DNA from: a bacterium
GTDB taxonomy: Bacteria; UBA8248
NCBI GenBank assembly: GCA_965204535.1
Contig: CBDBEV010000001.1
Coordinates: 1,632,001 to 1,696,000 of the forward strand
Direction of reading: 5' to 3'
DNA length: 64,000 bases
Positions 51,197 through 61,046 of the stretch are shown here, piece after piece. Both the position numbers and the translations under genes were made by a program. Numbering within the stretch: position 1 is the stretch's first letter; the number at the start of each line of letters is the position of its first letter. The notes under the pieces were generated by a model. That model was not told the origin of the DNA, did no database searches, and was given only the letters and a program-made list of their open reading frames with translations.

Positions 51197-51898
51197 GTGA
51201 AAAAGCGGGTTTGGCGTAATGGGGAATTGGCTCCGTTTTCCCTGAGTCTCAAAGAAATGGGAAGTGTTTGCTCGTCGTTGTCGGAGGAGTTCGACGAGCC
51301 GGATGATGTTCGCATTTCGATTGATGTAAATCTCCCCGGCGGAGTGCGTCTGGAATTTGAAAGCATTGAAGAAATGATTGGGCATCCATCATTACCCGAT
51401 GTCATCAACGAGTACGTTATACGGATGAGCAACGAGAGAGGGCAATCTCTTAGCGTAAATTATCCTGCTCCCATATATTCAAGAGCGACCGTCTCAGCGA
51501 GTTCCGAGCATGAGGGGTGGTGCACCGGAGTCGTCGAGGTGGCTTCCTCGGCCTTGCGGAAGCATCTGGTCTGGCATCGCTGGATTCCCCGCCATTACCT
51601 CGTCTGGCTAATGGTTCAACTTTTATATTTTCTTTCAGTATTCAAAGTGTGGCCAGCGCATCAAATTCGGAGGGAGATTGATTCACCACTCGAATTGGTG
51701 GTTTTCACTGCTGTTTGGGTTTTTAGTTTTTTGATGTGCTTAAGACCCGAACTCGTACTTCCGGCGGGTGCGATACGGGTGAGAGAGAAGGAAGGTTTTA
51801 TACACCGCTACGCTACCCAGATCATGATGGGCCTTGGTCTCATTACGGCTACCGCCGCGATTATCAACTTGTTCAAACCTTGGATATTCGGCTCGTAA
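51197..51898 (+). CDS. Hypothetical membrane protein (soluble N-domain, about three C-terminal TMs)
   Basis: 233-aa ORF with GTG start after GGAGG; hydrophobic segments in the C-terminal half. Confidence 0.6.
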   Translation: MKKRVWRNGELAPFSLSLKEMGSVCSSLSEEFDEPDDVRISIDVNLPGGVRLEFESIEEMIGHPSLPDVINEYVIRMSNERGQSLSVNYPAPIYSRATVSASSEHEGWCTGVVEVASSALRKHLVWHRWIPRHYLVWLMVQLLYFLSVFKVWPAHQIRREIDSPLELVVFTAVWVFSFLMCLRPELVLPAGAIRVREKEGFIHRYATQIMMGLGLITATAAIINLFKPWIFGS

Positions 51899-51986
51899 GT
51901 GGACACTCCCATCAAGATGGAACGGCGCGGATGATCCGCGAACGCCCGCCAGTGAGAACCGGAAACAAACATATGGACCATAACCC

Positions 51987-53228
51987 ATGCCTACCCTGAA
52001 CTGGCTGAAAAACGCGATGATTCCTTTTCTTGTTTTTTTGCTGGCCGTCCTGTTAGTGGCTTTTGTGGGCGTTATGTTCTCAGAAAGCGCTGAAAAGTGG
52101 ATCGGCGGATTTCTCGGTTTATCGGGAAAAAACGGAACCCTGAAATTCTTGGGATTCGGCATGGGCGGCGTTCTGCTGGTTATCCAAGCCGGAATATCCT
52201 ACAGGCGTGCCCAAGCGATGGAGGATGCGGCCAACGCGCAGGCGGATGCGGCGCGTGCGCAGGCCGGGGCCACGGTGGAGCAGGCCAAGGCCAACCAGAA
52301 TACCGAGAAGGGCTTGCGGCAGGAGCGCCTGAAAAACGCCATCGAGCATCTGGGCCACGGGTCGGATTCCGTGCGCTTGGGCGGGGCTTATGAACTTTTT
52401 CATCTGGCGGAGGAAACCAAAGAATTGCGCCGGACGGTGTTCGATATTCTCTGCGCCCACATCCGCCGGACGACGGGCGAGGCGGAATATTGGGAAGCGT
52501 ATGAGTCGAAGCCCTCGGAGGAAATTCAAAGCCTGTTGACTCTTCTTTTTGTGCAGGAGCATGAGGTTTTCAAAGGTCTCCATATCAACCTGCAGGGAAG
52601 CTGGTTGAAGGGAGCCTACCTCTGGGGAGCGCGTTTATATGGGGCCTCCTTGACCTTAGCCTGCTTAAAAGAGGCTTTTCTGATGAATGCGAATTTGAAG
52701 GGAGCTCTTCTTCGTAGTGCGTGCTTGCAAAGGGCTGATCTTCGTGGTGCACGCTTGCAAGGGGCTGTACTTCACTTGGCTGAATTGCAATTAGCTGATC
52801 TGAAGGAAGTGTGGTTGCAAGGAGCTTATCTTGGTGGCGCGAAACTTCAAGCAGCTGATCTTAATAGAGCACAATTTCAAGGAACCAGAGTCTGGCTCGA
52901 TCATCTTGGAACATTTGACAGGCTGAAAACATTCGCGGAGCGTATGCGGGAGGGGGTTAACCAAGAGGGGGATCTGTTTTCGGCAGAAGCAAAATTCTCC
53001 GGAGCGAAGTTCCAAGGTGGAATTAAAAAGGAAGATATTGATTCCCTAGTCGAAGGCATTCCTTATGCAGCGGCGAAGACCTTACGAGAGAAATTGGAAT
53101 CTTATATCGGTCAGCCCGAAAGTCGTGAACTGCCGGAAAATAGCGGAGCCATTCTTGGTGTCTACACTAAAAAAGAAGCCGAAGAATGGATTGCCGAGTA
53201 TGAGAAGGCCATGACGGAAAGTGAATAA
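51987..53228 (+). CDS. Membrane-anchored pentapeptide-repeat protein
   Basis: Two N-terminal TMs, ERLKNAIEHLG...RLGGAY.L, then repeated A.L.G / ADL..A.L pentapeptides. Confidence 0.88.
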   Translation: MPTLNWLKNAMIPFLVFLLAVLLVAFVGVMFSESAEKWIGGFLGLSGKNGTLKFLGFGMGGVLLVIQAGISYRRAQAMEDAANAQADAARAQAGATVEQAKANQNTEKGLRQERLKNAIEHLGHGSDSVRLGGAYELFHLAEETKELRRTVFDILCAHIRRTTGEAEYWEAYESKPSEEIQSLLTLLFVQEHEVFKGLHINLQGSWLKGAYLWGARLYGASLTLACLKEAFLMNANLKGALLRSACLQRADLRGARLQGAVLHLAELQLADLKEVWLQGAYLGGAKLQAADLNRAQFQGTRVWLDHLGTFDRLKTFAERMREGVNQEGDLFSAEAKFSGAKFQGGIKKEDIDSLVEGIPYAAAKTLREKLESYIGQPESRELPENSGAILGVYTKKEAEEWIAEYEKAMTESE

Positions 53229-53249
53229 ACTGGAGATGAGTGCTGACCC

Positions 53250-53435
53250 ATGCCGATACTGAACTAGCTGACGAGAGACGAGGACGTTCGTACGGCATCG
53301 CGCGCGCCTTACCGCCTGCTGGAGGAGGCGTCCGATCTCTCCGCCGGAGACGCGGAGACCGACAACATGCTCGTTCAGGGAGACAACCTGAAGGCGTTGA
53401 AGGTGCTTTTGCCCTTCTACGCCTCGCCAGAGTAG
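53250..53435 (+). pseudogene. N-terminal remnant of a type III R-M Mod-like DNA methyltransferase
   Basis: Translates MPILN*LTRDEDVRTASRAPYRLLEE...DNMLVQGDNLKALKVLLPFYA; TAG at 53265; homology ends at the convergent DSR-like gene end. Confidence 0.78.
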
Positions 53436-56400
53436 TCTCCAGGCGTAGGACTCGCATGTCGTATCTCTGGAAGAGGATCGTCTTTAGCGTTCTCTACCCA
53501 GCCGGCGACAGCTGGCTCATGATCGAAACCATGTTCGGCCATGGCAATCGACAAGTGTGTACAACCCCACCTCAGCAATGGCACGTCGATATCGTCATCG
53601 TGTATTGCATCGTACCTTAACTCCTTTGCAAGATAGCCGAGCCCTTCCGTTACTAATTCCTTAATAGCATTTCGCTGTTCCTCGCTACCTTTAAGAAACA
53701 CCCATCTAGCGATTCTGAGCGCCTGTATTAGAGCTGCCTTCCGTTGCGTAGCAACCATAAAGCCAATTTCTCGCACCAAATCAGTTGGCGGATGCTTCAA
53801 TTCAACACCCGCATCATGTCCGGCCTCCAACCAGAACTCCAATGCTTCTGCAGCGTTTTTCGCGGACTTTTTCTCGTCGGACGCTAATCCCATCTTCATC
53901 GACTTCACTATTTCCTCGAAACACTCCGGTAAAGTTTTGACCAATCCGGCCGAAAGCACTCGAGCCGGCATTTCCAATTTGTTCAGCTTTCGGAATTTCT
54001 CAAGCAATGTTTTTGCAATTTTTTCAGAAACATCGATCTCTAACAGAATATGTTGCAGGCCGATAATCGTTTTCCGAACCTTGACGTCCGCATCACCCGC
54101 AAAAATCGGCTCCGATTGTCCGGTAAGCGGAATAGGAACCGGTATCGATTCCTCGCCCCATTGTCCAGCTACATCCGCAAGATATGACCGTTCTGCATCG
54201 GAAAGCGATAGAGGTTTTCCATGAATCCTGAGGTTGGCTATGGCAATACCCACTTGCCAAAGAACTTCACCCGCTCTCAGGCTCACCCCATCACTCGATT
54301 CGTTCGGCAGTAGCCATTTTGCCCGGAACCGTTGTTCGGCAAGACCCGGCTTGGGCTCCGGCAATACCAGAAACTCCCACTCAAAGAAATTAGTCCCGCT
54401 CGGCAGATTTTTGCTGCTAAGATAATCTTCACTCCAAAGCGCCTGCGCGATCTCGGAAATTTCTTCACCATCCAGAACTTTGAGATCAACCAGACAACTC
54501 ATTCTGGTGGCGGCTCGCCTTCGCGCTTCTTCACTACCGCGCATGCCCCGCACAAGATTGACTGTAATCTCGTTCCATCTTGATCCCTTGTCTGGAGTTC
54601 GGACGACCGCTGGGATATCGGTCCTCAAAAGCACCTCACAGGGGTCCGGATATCGCCCCGCCCCTGCTAATCCAGCCGCAAATCCGTCCATTCCGACAAT
54701 GGGAGCACTCAGTAAATCGAGAATGCGCTTCTCCCGCCGTTCTTCCGGCATCGTTTCCCAGCATCTGGCAAGAATGCTCCTGACGGGATCCGCGAGCAGA
54801 AATTCACCGGCGATTACATTGTTTTCGTACCAACCTAAAGCCTTGGTGAAGATGGATTCCACCCGCTCTGGATCAAGGCGAAGCACGAACCGCGACAAGG
54901 CTTCAACTACAACCGGTAGCCTGTCCCTTCCGTGCGATCCGGCTTTCAAAGCGGTATTTCTCGATAAAATGAATTCGACTGCATCAACGCAGATTTCAGA
55001 CAACCGGCGGACAGCATCAAGTGGGATAATCGCAACGCGCGCCCGGGACAGAATGAAATTCAGCGCACCCTCCGCCTCGTTTCCGGCAGCCCTCAGAACG
55101 AGGCGAGCTGCTAATTCAGGTTCATGCGGCGACAACCGCCTTGCCGCAAGTTCGAGATTTCTCGAAGCCACCTTCCTGCCAGGAATGAAGGGAGGCAGAC
55201 CGGCGACTTCAGCAAGGCGAACTGCCCTGTGAGCGGCAGCCCAGCGCAAATATTCACCTTGAGAGAAGCTGAATCCCTTTTGCCACACGTTGCCGAGATC
55301 AAAAGGTTGCCCCCCCGCCAGATTGCTCTCACCCTTGATTGCCTCAGCGCAGTTACGCATTTCAAGTGGTGCGTTACACTTGATCGGCGTCAACTTGTCC
55401 CACCTGTGCCGCCATTCAATTGTTGCGTCCCAGAATTCCTCGTAATCCAGTGTCGTCCCTGTGCAATACAGTGCCCAAGACTCCCGTGACGACATACCTA
55501 CATCACTGTCATCCGAGACAACTCTACGCGTTGCGGCCAGCGCGGTAGCGTTCAACTCCTGCGCTTTTTGGTTTTCCCCCATTTCAAAGAGGAGGGATGC
55601 TTTCCGCATCATCCAGACCGGATCGCAACCGCTCGTATCCCAATCTATGAGCTCTTTCTCAAGAGAGGCATAGTCCAGTGAATAGATTGCCCAAAGGCAT
55701 TTTTCGTGGCGGATTTGGTGGGCAATGCCCTGGTCTTCTTCACTGAATGGTGAAACGGCCGAAATTCGTCGATTGAACTCATCTGCATCAAATTGAAATC
55801 GTGACGCCGTGACGAGTGCCAGTGCGACTGAAACCCATGCTTCCCGGATAGTAACCCAGTTAGCTGTCCCTACGGTTTCTCCGTCAATTTTTCGACTGCG
55901 GCAATCAATCCGGTCAAGGACATCCGTTGCCGTCTTTTCCAGCTTTGAAGATATTTCTTCCATGCGTGATATCGGTTCCAATTGTATTTCCCGGCGCCAT
56001 ATCAGTTCACGAAGCAAGAGCAAGGCTTCTACCAGATCAAGATTCGGCAATACCTCCATTACCAGAGGCGCTCTTTCCCTGGTAGAAGACATCATCGAGC
56101 GAACCTCGGCGGGAGCGGGCAACCACCCTGGGTAGGTTTCTTTCCTGTTATACCTCCAAACGTCAACGAGTTTTCGAACAGCCGCAACCTTTTTCTCAAC
56201 CGACGATTCGTCTCTTGACGGAACATGAGGTTCCGGTTTGGGTTCATTGATTGTGACCCGGTGTATAGGTTCAAGATATTCCGGTACCAAAGGCTCGACA
56301 AGACGGGAAGGTGAGGGCCATTTAGAAACGTTATAAGGACGGCCATACTCCAATGTGTGTAGAATCCAGTCCGTAGAACGCTCGTGCTGAATATGCTCCG

Positions 56401-57229
56401 GATGCTCCCGCCACTGAGCGGCTTTCGGATGGCGGGCCAGATCGATAGGGATAACGTTTCGAGCCTCCAGCATGCGACGACGATGGATGGACAAATCGAG
56501 CCATCCGGCCAGATAGATTCTGGGCGCTGACGTCCCAAGATTGTCGCGGACCCACCCCGACCAGTGCAGAAAGTTCGGATCGTCCCCGGAGAAACCGATC
56601 AGGCAAAAGACCGTCTCCATCATGGCTTGCTGTACCGTGTTCACGAATGGCGCAAATCGCGCGGGGTAGGTTCGGTAATGCTCTTCCGTAAAGATAAGTG
56701 AAGACCGAGCATCCACCGACCCGTGTAGCTTCACGATTCGTGGGCTCGCAGCAAGTGGAATCTCATCTGTATTGAAAAGGACGCTGTAGTCTTGTTCCGG
56801 AACGGACGGGCGCGTTCTCTCAAGCAACGTATCCCAGTTGGTGGTGAATACGTCGCGCCAGGGAAGTCGCAAGAGACGTTCGTGCATTCGTCCGGGCCGG
56901 AACTCATCATCCCGTATCGATTCTCGCAAAAAGCCGTGGAGGCCGGCTGGCCCGAAGGCGGCCTCGTATTCCTGCGCCAACCTCAATGCACCGCTTGTTT
57001 CCGAACTAGCGGCTGATGTCCCGTGCCTGACTTCTTCATCCGGATACAGTTTTTCGTGCATTGCTTTTCTGAGATCACTCCAGGTAGGCGGTGCAAGGGT
57101 AGACGGTAGAAGTTTCTCTGCATTTCTGGTGAATCCCGCTCCGACCATTACGGTCGCTCCTCGGGACCGTTTCCAGAGAGCGTCCCGAACGTGATTGATA
57201 TGGCTTTGGTCAGAAAACTGCATGATCAT
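53417..57229 (-). CDS. Defence-associated sirtuin-like protein (N-terminal SIR2, long helical C-terminus)
   Basis: VMVGAGF, FTTNWDTLLE, VKLHGS and LIGFSGDDPNF; 1270 aa, the size and architecture of DSR proteins. Confidence 0.82.
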   Translation of the reverse strand: MIMQFSDQSHINHVRDALWKRSRGATVMVGAGFTRNAEKLLPSTLAPPTWSDLRKAMHEKLYPDEEVRHGTSAASSETSGALRLAQEYEAAFGPAGLHGFLRESIRDDEFRPGRMHERLLRLPWRDVFTTNWDTLLERTRPSVPEQDYSVLFNTDEIPLAASPRIVKLHGSVDARSSLIFTEEHYRTYPARFAPFVNTVQQAMMETVFCLIGFSGDDPNFLHWSGWVRDNLGTSAPRIYLAGWLDLSIHRRRMLEARNVIPIDLARHPKAAQWREHPEHIQHERSTDWILHTLEYGRPYNVSKWPSPSRLVEPLVPEYLEPIHRVTINEPKPEPHVPSRDESSVEKKVAAVRKLVDVWRYNRKETYPGWLPAPAEVRSMMSSTRERAPLVMEVLPNLDLVEALLLLRELIWRREIQLEPISRMEEISSKLEKTATDVLDRIDCRSRKIDGETVGTANWVTIREAWVSVALALVTASRFQFDADEFNRRISAVSPFSEEDQGIAHQIRHEKCLWAIYSLDYASLEKELIDWDTSGCDPVWMMRKASLLFEMGENQKAQELNATALAATRRVVSDDSDVGMSSRESWALYCTGTTLDYEEFWDATIEWRHRWDKLTPIKCNAPLEMRNCAEAIKGESNLAGGQPFDLGNVWQKGFSFSQGEYLRWAAAHRAVRLAEVAGLPPFIPGRKVASRNLELAARRLSPHEPELAARLVLRAAGNEAEGALNFILSRARVAIIPLDAVRRLSEICVDAVEFILSRNTALKAGSHGRDRLPVVVEALSRFVLRLDPERVESIFTKALGWYENNVIAGEFLLADPVRSILARCWETMPEERREKRILDLLSAPIVGMDGFAAGLAGAGRYPDPCEVLLRTDIPAVVRTPDKGSRWNEITVNLVRGMRGSEEARRRAATRMSCLVDLKVLDGEEISEIAQALWSEDYLSSKNLPSGTNFFEWEFLVLPEPKPGLAEQRFRAKWLLPNESSDGVSLRAGEVLWQVGIAIANLRIHGKPLSLSDAERSYLADVAGQWGEESIPVPIPLTGQSEPIFAGDADVKVRKTIIGLQHILLEIDVSEKIAKTLLEKFRKLNKLEMPARVLSAGLVKTLPECFEEIVKSMKMGLASDEKKSAKNAAEALEFWLEAGHDAGVELKHPPTDLVREIGFMVATQRKAALIQALRIARWVFLKGSEEQRNAIKELVTEGLGYLAKELRYDAIHDDDIDVPLLRWGCTHLSIAMAEHGFDHEPAVAGWVENAKDDPLPEIRHASPTPGDYSGEA

Positions 57230-57690
57230 GTTGTCTCGCTACAGGAAATAGAGCTTCCTCGCACATATCGATTGACGAATGCGGCGCCAGCTTTGTATTC
57301 CTTAACTCCTGTCACGGGGATTCGTCCTGTCCGTACCTACCAACTCTTCGTAAAATAATGAACCGAACCCTGCGACGGCGACTGATTCTCAGTTCGCGAA
57401 AATATGCTGGATGGTTTCGAACAATGCGTTCACCGCACTCTCCGGCTGAGTTTTCTACAACGAAGCTCGGTATGGGACATGACCAAAAAATCGGATTTCT
57501 AATTTCCCTGTCTCTCCTGAACTTTGTTCGAATGCACGTACAAACTAAGATAACACCATCTCGGAATTGTGCAGCCGCATCGTTCCCTCCGCAACCAAAG
57601 ATGGGTCTATGCAATGTGTGAAGCCTGCTCGGGTTTCCTGGTTCGCTCGGCAATTCCGGTGCGATTTCGGAGATGCAAGAGGGTATTATC

Positions 57691-58074
57691 TCATTTTGAA
57701 GTATCGTCCAGGAGCGCAGACTGCGAGTCACGGGCGTCTTTCATGGTCCGGTCGAGCTCATCCCGGCGTCCTTCGCGCACCAATTCATCCCGCTTCAGCG
57801 TGGAAAGAAGGTAAACCCCGCGATAGATCCGCTCTATCTGGGCTGCGATTTCAGGTGGAAACCCCGGAGAATTTGCGGTCAGCTTGCCCGTAGCGAAACC
57901 CAATGCGGCATGGCGAACGAGTTCGGCGGCCGTCATTCCGCGCTCCCTGGCCTCCTTTTCAATGCAAGTCCACTCGGAATCGGAGAACCGGATCGAGCGT
58001 GGCGAACGCGATTCACTGTGTTTTTCGTCGGGATTCTCGCTGGAATCGCCGGCGATGGAATGGTTTTCGGTCAT
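57691..58074 (-). CDS. Ribbon-helix-helix protein, putative relaxosome accessory factor
   Basis: RSIRFSDSEW..IE..ARERGMT.AELVR.AA RHH pattern; adjacent to the candidate oriT. Confidence 0.7.
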   Translation of the reverse strand: MTENHSIAGDSSENPDEKHSESRSPRSIRFSDSEWTCIEKEARERGMTAAELVRHAALGFATGKLTANSPGFPPEIAAQIERIYRGVYLLSTLKRDELVREGRRDELDRTMKDARDSQSALLDDTSK

Positions 58075-58360
58075 GTTTTTCCCCCAATGGTTCGATTTTT
58101 TCAGCCGGGAAATCGCTGGTATCGTTGCATTTACGGATCAAATCCCGTCGCTCCGGGCACAGATTCATTTGTAAGCTCATAGCACACAAATTTGGGAAAT
58201 ACTATATCCAGAGTATGCCATGAGCATACGCCTCTCGTGAGGCTCAAGGAATTCAATGAGATACGGGCGTGTTACGTCGTAATACGCTCTCCCAGCGAAA
58301 GCGGGGCGGTATTTGAGGGCGTTTGAGCAGGGAACGCCATGCCTGGAGCACGATTGGCCT

Positions 58361-58392
58361 GCACCCAGCAGCCCGCTGCGTGGGGTGTGAAA
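58361..58392 (+). other. Candidate oriT nic site
   Basis: TGCGTGGGGTGTG (58377-58389) matches the F-plasmid nic core TGCGTGGGGTGT^G; non-coding; lies between the RHH gene and the leading-type genes. Confidence 0.5.
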
Positions 58393-58604
58393 CCCGAAGC
58401 GCCGAAGGGCGTCAGATTGCCGAATACGTGAGAACGAACGACGGGGGAACTTTCGCCGGAGAGAATGGCGGGCGGGAGCCGCCGCGGCGAGTGAGCGGAG
58501 AAGACGAGAGGAGAGCAACCAGGAGAGGAGCGGTGGAGTGATCGAGGAGAGAGGCGACGGGCCGCACCACCTGTGTGGCGATGCGACCCGCCGTGTCGAA
58601 CGTC

Positions 58605-59564
58605 CTATGCCGCGATTTTCTGGACGGGGATGCCGAGCGCTCTGGCCTTGTCGACGAGGTTGTCGGTGATGCCCGAACCGGGGAACGCGATCACACCCCT
58701 GGGGAGGAGGCTGAGCAGCTCGTCGTTGCGCCTGAAGGGAGCGGCCCTGCCGTGGGCGTCCCAGTCGGGCTTGCAGACGACCTGGTGGACGCCGTTCCGC
58801 TCGGCCCAGCCTGCCGCAATCTTCTCGGCGCCGGGGCCGCCGCCGTGGACGAGGACGACGTCGGCGTACTTGGCTTTCAGCTTGTCGAGCTGGCCGATGA
58901 TTTTGCCCGCGTCGGTGGCCTCCTTGCCGCCCGCGACGGCGACGAGCGTTCCCTGGGGGAGGTGGGCCGTGTTCTCGCGGTCCTTTTTCGCCCGCTGGAA
59001 GTCGCGCGCCTCGATCACCGCCGACGTGAGCTTGCCGGTCTGGCTGACGTGCGATCCTCGCCGGGGCCGCCAGACCTCGCCGGTCTCGACGCGGTAGGCC
59101 TCGGCGGCCGTGTCCCTGAGCCCTTCGAAGGCGTCGCGGCGGGCGGTGAGATTCTCGGCGCGGTCGGTGGCGAGTTCGAGTTCGCGAGACCTGATCTCGG
59201 AGCCGTCCTGCTCGCGCTGGAGTTCACGGATGCCGGGGATGAGTTTGTCGGCGGCGCGGTCGAGCCGCTGTGTCTGTGCGTCGAGGGTGTTGACGAAGCC
59301 CCACAGGAGACTCGCCCGCTCATCCGCGAGTTGAGTGCCGTCGGGTACTGCCTCGGCGAGCAGGTGGAATGCCTTGAGGACGGCGGCGGTGGACTCCGCC
59401 TCGCCCCAGACGGGCCGGTTGTCGAATTCGTCCGGCCCGGGGGTCGCGCCGAACAGGGCGGCCTGTTCGCAGACCATTGCGGTGAAGGATTCGTTCTGCG
59501 CTTCGATGTTGTCAACCTCGTGCATGATGCTCTCCTTGTGGTCGTGTGTCGCGGTGGCGGTCAT
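58605..59564 (-). CDS. DUF2493 (YspA/SLOG-like) domain protein of conjugative elements
   Basis: C-terminal VAVAGG, VLVHGG..GAE.IA..WA, AAPFRRN and IAFPGSG. Confidence 0.82.
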   Translation of the reverse strand: MTATATHDHKESIMHEVDNIEAQNESFTAMVCEQAALFGATPGPDEFDNRPVWGEAESTAAVLKAFHLLAEAVPDGTQLADERASLLWGFVNTLDAQTQRLDRAADKLIPGIRELQREQDGSEIRSRELELATDRAENLTARRDAFEGLRDTAAEAYRVETGEVWRPRRGSHVSQTGKLTSAVIEARDFQRAKKDRENTAHLPQGTLVAVAGGKEATDAGKIIGQLDKLKAKYADVVLVHGGGPGAEKIAAGWAERNGVHQVVCKPDWDAHGRAAPFRRNDELLSLLPRGVIAFPGSGITDNLVDKARALGIPVQKIAA

Positions 59565-59585
59565 CGTTCACTCCTTTCGTTGTCC

Positions 59586-59957
59586 TCAAGCGAGGGGATG
59601 GTCGTATTCCGGAAGAGCGTAGCCACGCTCGTTGCGCCCCACTTCTTTGGGCATCTCGTCGAGATACCTGGCGGCCCACTCGGCGGCGCGTGCGAGGACG
59701 TCGCCGTGACACGGGAGGGGATGGCAGTGGCAGCCGAGCTCGCAGCCTTGAAGGTCGGCGAGTTCGTAGAGGTCCTGCTCCTCGCGCCGGATTCTTTCCC
59801 ACAGCCATCGCCGGTATTTCTCGATCACCTCGGCGCGCTCGCCGTCCTGGCCGATGCGGAAGGGGTTTCCCCACTTCGTCATGCGGTCGATCCTGACCAG
59901 CAAGCCGCTGCCCATATCCGCCACATAGTTGTTCAGGTTCACCACGGTGGTTTCCAT
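59586..59957 (-). CDS. DUF4326 domain protein
   Basis: IDR.TKWGNPF and L.G.ELGC.C.P.PCHGDVL. Confidence 0.85.
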   Translation of the reverse strand: METTVVNLNNYVADMGSGLLVRIDRMTKWGNPFRIGQDGERAEVIEKYRRWLWERIRREEQDLYELADLQGCELGCHCHPLPCHGDVLARAAEWAARYLDEMPKEVGRNERGYALPEYDHPLA

Positions 59958-59992
59958 GCCTTTCTCCTTCGTAGAGAGTTAACGGATGCGCT

Positions 59993-60183
59993 TCTTAGCG
60001 CCCCATTTTCAGCACGTGCCAGGCGTGGGCGTCAGGGGCGGTTTTCAGTCTTTTTTCACCCGGAGGGCGCGCAGCGGAAAAAATCCACGCTTCACCGATT
60101 TTTTCTGAAAAAAGATGCTTTTGCGCTTTTTGCAAAAGCACCCTTGACCCCGCGCCGTGCGTGCTAAAATGGGGACGCTAAGA
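59993..60183 (+). promoter_or_regulatory. Frpo-like single-strand hairpin promoter
   Basis: Imperfect inverted repeat 59993-60038 / 60141-60183 carrying TTGACC (60144) and TAAAAT (60165), with internal A/T-rich stem-loops. Confidence 0.7.
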
Positions 60184-60477
60184 GAGAGAGGGTAGTACCG
60201 CCACCGGGACACAAGAGCTTTTGGTGTTTCACGATGAAGGCGAAGCTCATCGGGAAACAGTCTCTCATGCTGCGGAAAGGGTCATTTCGGGCCGCATTTT
60301 CCGGCCCGAAATTCCCGCAGCGGGGGGTGGACCGAGCCACTATCCAGAACATGGGATGATTGCAGGAGCATGCCGAGCTTCCGGGAACACGGTTCATCGT
60401 TCACGGAACCGGAGATTTACCGGGTGGTCCCGGTAGCGGAGAGAGCCGGCAGGGCGGACCTTCTCTGGATAGCGAGC

Positions 60478-60513
60478 AAAAGAAAAGGGCTGACGCCGAA
60501 GCGCCAGCCCCTT
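60478..60513 (-). terminator. Rho-independent terminator after ssb
   Basis: Minus strand: gggctggcgc-ttcg-gcgtcagccc-ttttctttt. Confidence 0.8.
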
Positions 60514-60520
60514 GAAGCGC

Positions 60521-60967
60521 TCAAAATGGGATGTCTTCGCCCACTACGCCGGCGGTCGCCGCGACGTCCGCCGTCTCGGCGTGCGCGCCGTTTCCGTTGC
60601 CATTGCCGTTCCCGTTCACCTTGTCGAGGAACTGCACGCGCCCGCCCGGCGCGATGAGGATCTCGGTCGAGAACCGGTCCGAGTCCTCCTCGTCCTTCTT
60701 CCAGCGGCGGGTCTGGAGCTTGCCCGCGACGTAGACCAGGCGGCCCTTCTTCGCGTGCCGCTCGAGCATGTCCACCAGGCCGGGCTGGAAGGTGACGACC
60801 CGGTGCCATTCCGTCTTGTCCACCCGGTCGCCGGACTGCTTGTCGACGTAGCCCTCGTCGGTGGCGATGGATAGATTGGCCACGCGCCCCCCGCTCGTGA
60901 GGTGGTTGACGGTGACGTCGGCGCCGAGACGCCCGATCAGTTCCGCGCGGTTGAGTCCGAATGCCAT
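60521..60967 (-). CDS. ssb: Single-stranded DNA-binding protein
   Basis: LNRAELIGRLG.D, ATDE, TEWHRVV, G.LQTR.W and C-terminal EDIPF; GGAG RBS. Confidence 0.95.
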   Translation of the reverse strand: MAFGLNRAELIGRLGADVTVNHLTSGGRVANLSIATDEGYVDKQSGDRVDKTEWHRVVTFQPGLVDMLERHAKKGRLVYVAGKLQTRRWKKDEEDSDRFSTEILIAPGGRVQFLDKVNGNGNGNGNGAHAETADVAATAGVVGEDIPF

Positions 60968-61046
60968 GGTGATTCTCCTTCGTGGTGTGAGTGAGAAAAA
61001 GTGACAGGAGGGAGAGAGCCTTTCTCTCCACCCCCCCCGGTTCGCC

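Noticed and set aside
57312-57690. Several overlapping short ORFs between the DSR-like and RHH genes
   Set aside because: No recognisable motif or convincing RBS; left uncalled
58575-60167. 530-aa + strand ORF
   Set aside because: Antisense to DUF2493 and DUF4326, which have clear motifs and RBSs
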